Positions 60,960 to 64,000 of a stretch of DNA of 64,000 nt are shown piece after piece. Under the pieces are notes generated by a model. That model did no database searches, was not told the DNA's origin, and saw only the letters and a list, made by a program, of their open reading frames with translations. The position numbers were made by a program, and so were the translations under genes. Origin of the DNA: Acidobacteriota bacterium (GTDB lineage: Bacteria > Acidobacteriota > UBA890 > WLXD01); assembly GCA_965197275.1 (NCBI GenBank), contig CBDAMQ010000031.1, positions 212,261 to 276,260 of the forward strand, given 5' to 3'. Within the stretch, counting starts at the first letter, position 1. Each line of letters opens with the position of its first letter.

Positions 60960-61385
60960 TTGAGCGCCGGGTACTCGGGAACGCCGCTGCTGAAGAAGCT
61001 CGGCATCAGAACGGGAATGAAGGTCGCGTTCTTGGGATCTCCGCGCCACTATCCGGAGCTGCTCGGACCGCTGCCGGATCAGGTGCGCGTTCTGCAACGG
61101 TTGGGGAAGCGGATGGATTTCGTACACTTCTTCACAGCCAGCCAAGCGGAGCTTCGCCGACGCTTCCCGACGCTGAAGCGGGCACTGGCGAGCGACGGCA
61201 CGCTGTGGATCTCATGGCCGAAGAAGGCGTCCGCCCTGCCGAAGGACCTGACCGAGTCAGATGTCCGTCACGCCGGTCTGGACGGTGGGCTCGTCGACGT
61301 GAAGATCTGCGCCGTCGATGAAGATTGGTCCGGGCTCAAGTTCGTCTACCGGTTGAAGGACCGGCCAGCCAAGAGGCGAGGATGA
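60960..61385 (+). CDS. DUF3052-family small protein
   Basis: 141 aa, …TPLLKKLGIRTGMKVAFLG…LWISWPKK… ATGA overlap with the downstream hydrolase. Confidence 0.65.
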   Translation: MSAGYSGTPLLKKLGIRTGMKVAFLGSPRHYPELLGPLPDQVRVLQRLGKRMDFVHFFTASQAELRRRFPTLKRALASDGTLWISWPKKASALPKDLTESDVRHAGLDGGLVDVKICAVDEDWSGLKFVYRLKDRPAKRRG

Positions 61386-62908
61386 TGTCTCGTCCGGCGG
61401 CCCGCTTGGCGGTTGGCGTCTTGCTGCTGGCAATCTCGACCGTACCGCTAGGGAATGCGAGCTCGGGCCTGCTGACCCGTGAGTCTGTCCGAGCCGGGCA
61501 TCCGATGCGCTACATGGTTGCCGATCCGCTCTTTAGGCTGGAGCAGCATCGCCTCAGCCACGCGGGCGAGGCCATCGATCACGAGGAGGAACTATCAGGG
61601 GCGCTCGTGCCCGGGGTCATCATCGCGCATGGTTTCGCAGCCTCCGAGCGCCTGATGCTCGGGTACGCGCACACCCTGGCACTCGCCGGCTATGCCGTCG
61701 TTCTGATGGATTTCGCTGGACACGGCCGCAACGCGCTGATCTTCGATCGTGACGCTCTGCAAAACGGCATCGACAATGCCTACGAGGTTCTCGTTGCGCA
61801 GCCAGAGGTCGACCCAGAGCGCATCGCGCTAGTGGGACACTCGATGGGCAGCGGCGCGGTCATGGCGGCCGCCCGCCGTAACCCGGAGCGCTATCGGGCC
61901 ACAGTGGGCGTATCGCCAGTTACGGCGGAGGTGACCAGCTCTACGCCGCGAAACCTGCTTCTCCAGGCCGGAACCTGGGAGCCATCCTATCTGCGCAACG
62001 CGGAGTTTCTGCTGCAGCGGGCTGGTGGGCCGAGCGACGATTTTGCTAGCGGCCGAGCTCGGGCTCTGGTTCCGATCGCTGCCGCGCAGCATCTCTCGAT
62101 TCTCTTCAGGAGCGCCAGCCATCGCGGTGTGGTGCAGTGGCTCGACCGGGCGCTGGAGTTCGCGCCGCTGGAACGCGTCGAGTACCGCGACCGACGCATC
62201 TTTTGGTGGTTCGGTCACGTGGCCGGCTGGCTGCTCATCGTCATCTCGATGGCGCCGGTACATCGACGCGACGCGGACCGGGAGCGGCAGCGCGTACGCC
62301 GGCCGATGCAATGGGTGGCGGTGGCCGGAGCGCCTGTGATTGCAAGCCTGTTGGTGGCCCTGCTGGCGCCGCTGATCGACGTTGGGGGCCTCGGCGGCAT
62401 GATGGTCGCCGCCGGGCTCGCCCTGTGGCTGTCGATCGCTGGCACGATGGCATTGATGCTGGGATTCCGCCCAGGTCCGCCCGCTGGGCGCGACGTCTTG
62501 TGGGGTGCCGGCCTGTTCGCCTTTCTGTGGTTTGCCGTCGGGGCAACGTCCGACTACGTCTGGCTGAACTGGCGGCTGGTGTCGCCGCGGCTGGTGAGCT
62601 TCCCGATCTTCGCCCTGGCGTGCATTCCGTGGTTCACGGCGACGGAGCTGTTACAAGGCGATCCCGGCGGCCGCAGTCGCTGGCCGGCCTACCTGACGCA
62701 GACGGCGGCACTCGTTGCCGGACTGCTGGTGATAGCCGCACTGGTTCCGACGATGCGGGTGGTGACCGCGATGTTGCCGGTACTACCGTTCTATCTCGGC
62801 GTCCTGTCGATCGTCGGCAGTCGGTTCAACCGACCGTGGGGCTATGGCATCGGCGCCGGGATGTTCTTCGGCTGGCTGCTGGCGTCGGCGTTCCCGCTGG
62901 TCGGTTAG
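61382..62908 (+). CDS. Alpha/beta-hydrolase domain (GHSMGSG nucleophile elbow) fused to a C-terminal polytopic membrane domain
   Basis: Signal/TM MMSRPAARLAVGVLLLAIS. …VIIAHGFAAS…, …LVGHSMGSGAVMAAA… Then ~6 TM helices (residues ~280-510). Confidence 0.75.
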   Translation: MMSRPAARLAVGVLLLAISTVPLGNASSGLLTRESVRAGHPMRYMVADPLFRLEQHRLSHAGEAIDHEEELSGALVPGVIIAHGFAASERLMLGYAHTLALAGYAVVLMDFAGHGRNALIFDRDALQNGIDNAYEVLVAQPEVDPERIALVGHSMGSGAVMAAARRNPERYRATVGVSPVTAEVTSSTPRNLLLQAGTWEPSYLRNAEFLLQRAGGPSDDFASGRARALVPIAAAQHLSILFRSASHRGVVQWLDRALEFAPLERVEYRDRRIFWWFGHVAGWLLIVISMAPVHRRDADRERQRVRRPMQWVAVAGAPVIASLLVALLAPLIDVGGLGGMMVAAGLALWLSIAGTMALMLGFRPGPPAGRDVLWGAGLFAFLWFAVGATSDYVWLNWRLVSPRLVSFPIFALACIPWFTATELLQGDPGGRSRWPAYLTQTAALVAGLLVIAALVPTMRVVTAMLPVLPFYLGVLSIVGSRFNRPWGYGIGAGMFFGWLLASAFPLVG

Positions 62909-62924
62909 TTGCGGACACCCGAGA

Positions 62925-63587
62925 TCATGCGGGCGCGGGATCCTGCACCGTTGGCGCGAGCCCGCGACCGAGCACTTGTTGCAGGTGGCGGACGTATTCG
63001 CGCACCTCTGCCACGCTCACCGGAAGCCTGCCGTCTTCGATGCGCGCCCTGATGGGAGTGAAGGCGAAGAAGAAAACCAGGCTACCGAGCAGGCTGATAT
63101 GTGTCAGGTAGGGGTTCACCGCCGAGAAGGTGCCCTGCTCAATGCCCTGATCGATGATCTCTTGCACCAGGCCGAAGATGGCCAGGAGCTTCGGCAACAG
63201 GTCCTTCTCGATGTGCAGTCCGCCTGACATGACTTCGCGCAGGACCATCGCCGGAAGGGCTGGGCGCCGCAACGCAAGATCGGCGAACGTCTGGATGAAC
63301 GCACGTAGCCGCTCGTCGGCCGGAGCGTCGGAGTGGCGAATCGCTTCGAACCGCCGGTGTGCATCGGCGAAGGTCTCACGCAAGATCTCGTTGTACAGTG
63401 CGCCCTTGCCGCCGAAGTGATAGCTGATCATTGCCTTGTTAACGCCAGCCGTCTCGGCGATCTGGTCCACTCGCGTCCCCTCGAAGCCGCGCTGCGCGAA
63501 CAGGTCGGTGGCGGCGTTCATGAGCGCTTCGCGCGTCGCACCGGTGTTGCGTGCGCCCTTCCGCGGCGAGCCGGGTTCGTTAGCCAT
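62925..63587 (-). CDS. TetR/AcrR-family transcriptional regulator
   Basis: …TREALMNAATDLFAQRGFEGTRVDQIAETAGVNKAMISYHFGGKGALY… HTH signature. Confidence 0.9.
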   Translation of the reverse strand: MANEPGSPRKGARNTGATREALMNAATDLFAQRGFEGTRVDQIAETAGVNKAMISYHFGGKGALYNEILRETFADAHRRFEAIRHSDAPADERLRAFIQTFADLALRRPALPAMVLREVMSGGLHIEKDLLPKLLAIFGLVQEIIDQGIEQGTFSAVNPYLTHISLLGSLVFFFAFTPIRARIEDGRLPVSVAEVREYVRHLQQVLGRGLAPTVQDPAPA

Positions 63588-63594
63588 GGCGTGA

Positions 63595-63660
63595 ACCTAC
63601 CATCAGGGACTCGGTTGTTGAGCTAACTAAACATTTATTTAATAATAAAACAGAATGCGA
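63595..63660. promoter_or_regulatory. AT-rich divergent promoter/operator region between tetR and the HMG-CoA lyase gene; contains ATTTAATAAT also present at 1170-1179
   Basis: ggttgttgagctaactaaacatttatttaataataaaacagaatgcg (~25% GC) within a 68% GC context. Confidence 0.35.
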
Positions 63661-63723
63661 TGAAAGCGGACGGTTGGTCGCCGATCCGCCACGACCAGGA
63701 CAGTTGCTGGCGGGACAGACAGC

Positions 63724-64000
63724 ATGCCGCGAAGCGTGACGGTGTACGAGGTAGGGCCGCGCGACGGCTTCCAGAACCTCGCCCGCTTCATCCCCACCGA
63801 CACCAAGGTGGCGTTCATCGACGCCCTTGCGGCCACCGGATTGTCGGTCGTCGAGACCACCAGCTTCGTGTCTCCGAAATGGGTGCCGCAGCTGGCCGAT
63901 GCCGGCGACGTAATGGCGCGGATCAAGCGGCGTAAGGGCGTGCGTTTTCCGGTGCTAGTACCCAACGGCTTCGGGCTGGAGCGCGCGCTGGCGGCTGCGG
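63724..64000 (+). CDS. Hydroxymethylglutaryl-CoA lyase (HMGL-like), 3'-truncated at window end
   Basis: ATG 63724 gives MPRSVTVYEVGPRDGFQNLARFIPTDTKVAFIDALAATGLSVVETTSFVSPKWVPQLAD…, the canonical HMG-CoA lyase N-terminus. Not in the ORF track because no stop within the window. ORF 63660..63935 in another frame is rejected. Confidence 0.85.
   Translation, partial: MPRSVTVYEVGPRDGFQNLARFIPTDTKVAFIDALAATGLSVVETTSFVSPKWVPQLADAGDVMARIKRRKGVRFPVLVPNGFGLERALAAA

Noticed and set aside
63660-63935. ORF-track CDS 63660..63935 (+).
   Set aside because: A different frame starting at ATG 63724 encodes a textbook HMG-CoA lyase N-terminus running off the window. The listed ORF is a GC-frame artifact.
1-64000. 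CRISPR arrays, integrases/transposases, prophage genes, tRNA/rRNA genes.
   Set aside because: I found no direct-repeat/spacer arrays, no recombinase or transposase motifs, and no cloverleaf-like sequences in intergenic regions on manual inspection. The only mobile-element-like signal is the 22-bp TIR element at 25566-25703.

Overview
This is a 64 kb window of high-GC (~68%) bacterial chromosome with dense coding on both strands, about 48 genes. I found no integrase, transposase, CRISPR array, rRNA or tRNA. Several gene families suggest a soil bacterium of the Acidobacteriota/Gemmatimonadota/Planctomycetota/Myxococcota type, but that is inference. These families are the ADOP FtsX-type permease with a PadR regulator, DUF1501 with a DUF1592-family CxxCH protein, LVIVD and NHL beta-propellers, and many Ser/Thr kinases and PP2C phosphatases.

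Gene content in order:
- MFS transporter (truncated at the window edge).
- REC-PAS-GGDEF-EAL c-di-GMP protein.
- M24 peptidase.
- TRAP transporter: dctQ and dctM, with dctP placed separately.
- NUDIX hydrolase.
- A large BNR/Asp-box repeat protein and an amidohydrolase.
- A five-gene operon of secreted conserved-unknown proteins that appears translationally coupled.
- PadR plus ADOP permease.
- hbd.
- GAF-adenylate cyclase.
- amt-glnK-glnA.
- Flotillin and a POT peptide transporter.
- A four-gene translationally coupled operon: acyl-CoA synthetase, MBL hydrolase, DUF885 and GAF-PP2C.
- lhr helicase.
- An S1/P1 nuclease fusion.
- A TPR Ser/Thr kinase and an NHL protein.
- Cytochrome c with two Tat-signal aminotransferases.
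- A secreted kinase-like protein with a MutS-like ATPase.
- PP2C with a predicted pseudokinase.
- A DUF853/HerA-like ATPase.
- DUF3052 with an alpha/beta hydrolase.
- TetR.
- HMG-CoA lyase (partial, runs off the window end).

Unusual points:
- At least eight single-base frame disruptions or nonsense codons, clustered on amt-glnK-glnA-flotillin. I read most as probable homopolymer sequencing errors, but they could be real pseudogenes.
- Three short, strongly AT-rich islands, each upstream of a regulator gene. Two of them share the 10-mer ATTTAATAAT.
- A 138-bp element with perfect 22-bp terminal inverted repeats that supplies the stop codon of hbd.
- Two periplasmic (Tat-signal) HisC-like PLP aminotransferases in an operon with a c-type cytochrome.
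- A secreted protein with PI3K/PI4K/APH-like catalytic motifs paired with a MutS-like ATPase.
- A pseudokinase (HAN/DPF in place of HRD/DFG) next to a PP2C phosphatase.

All coordinates taken from the ORF track are authoritative. Start positions I derived by hand may be off by 1-3 nt.
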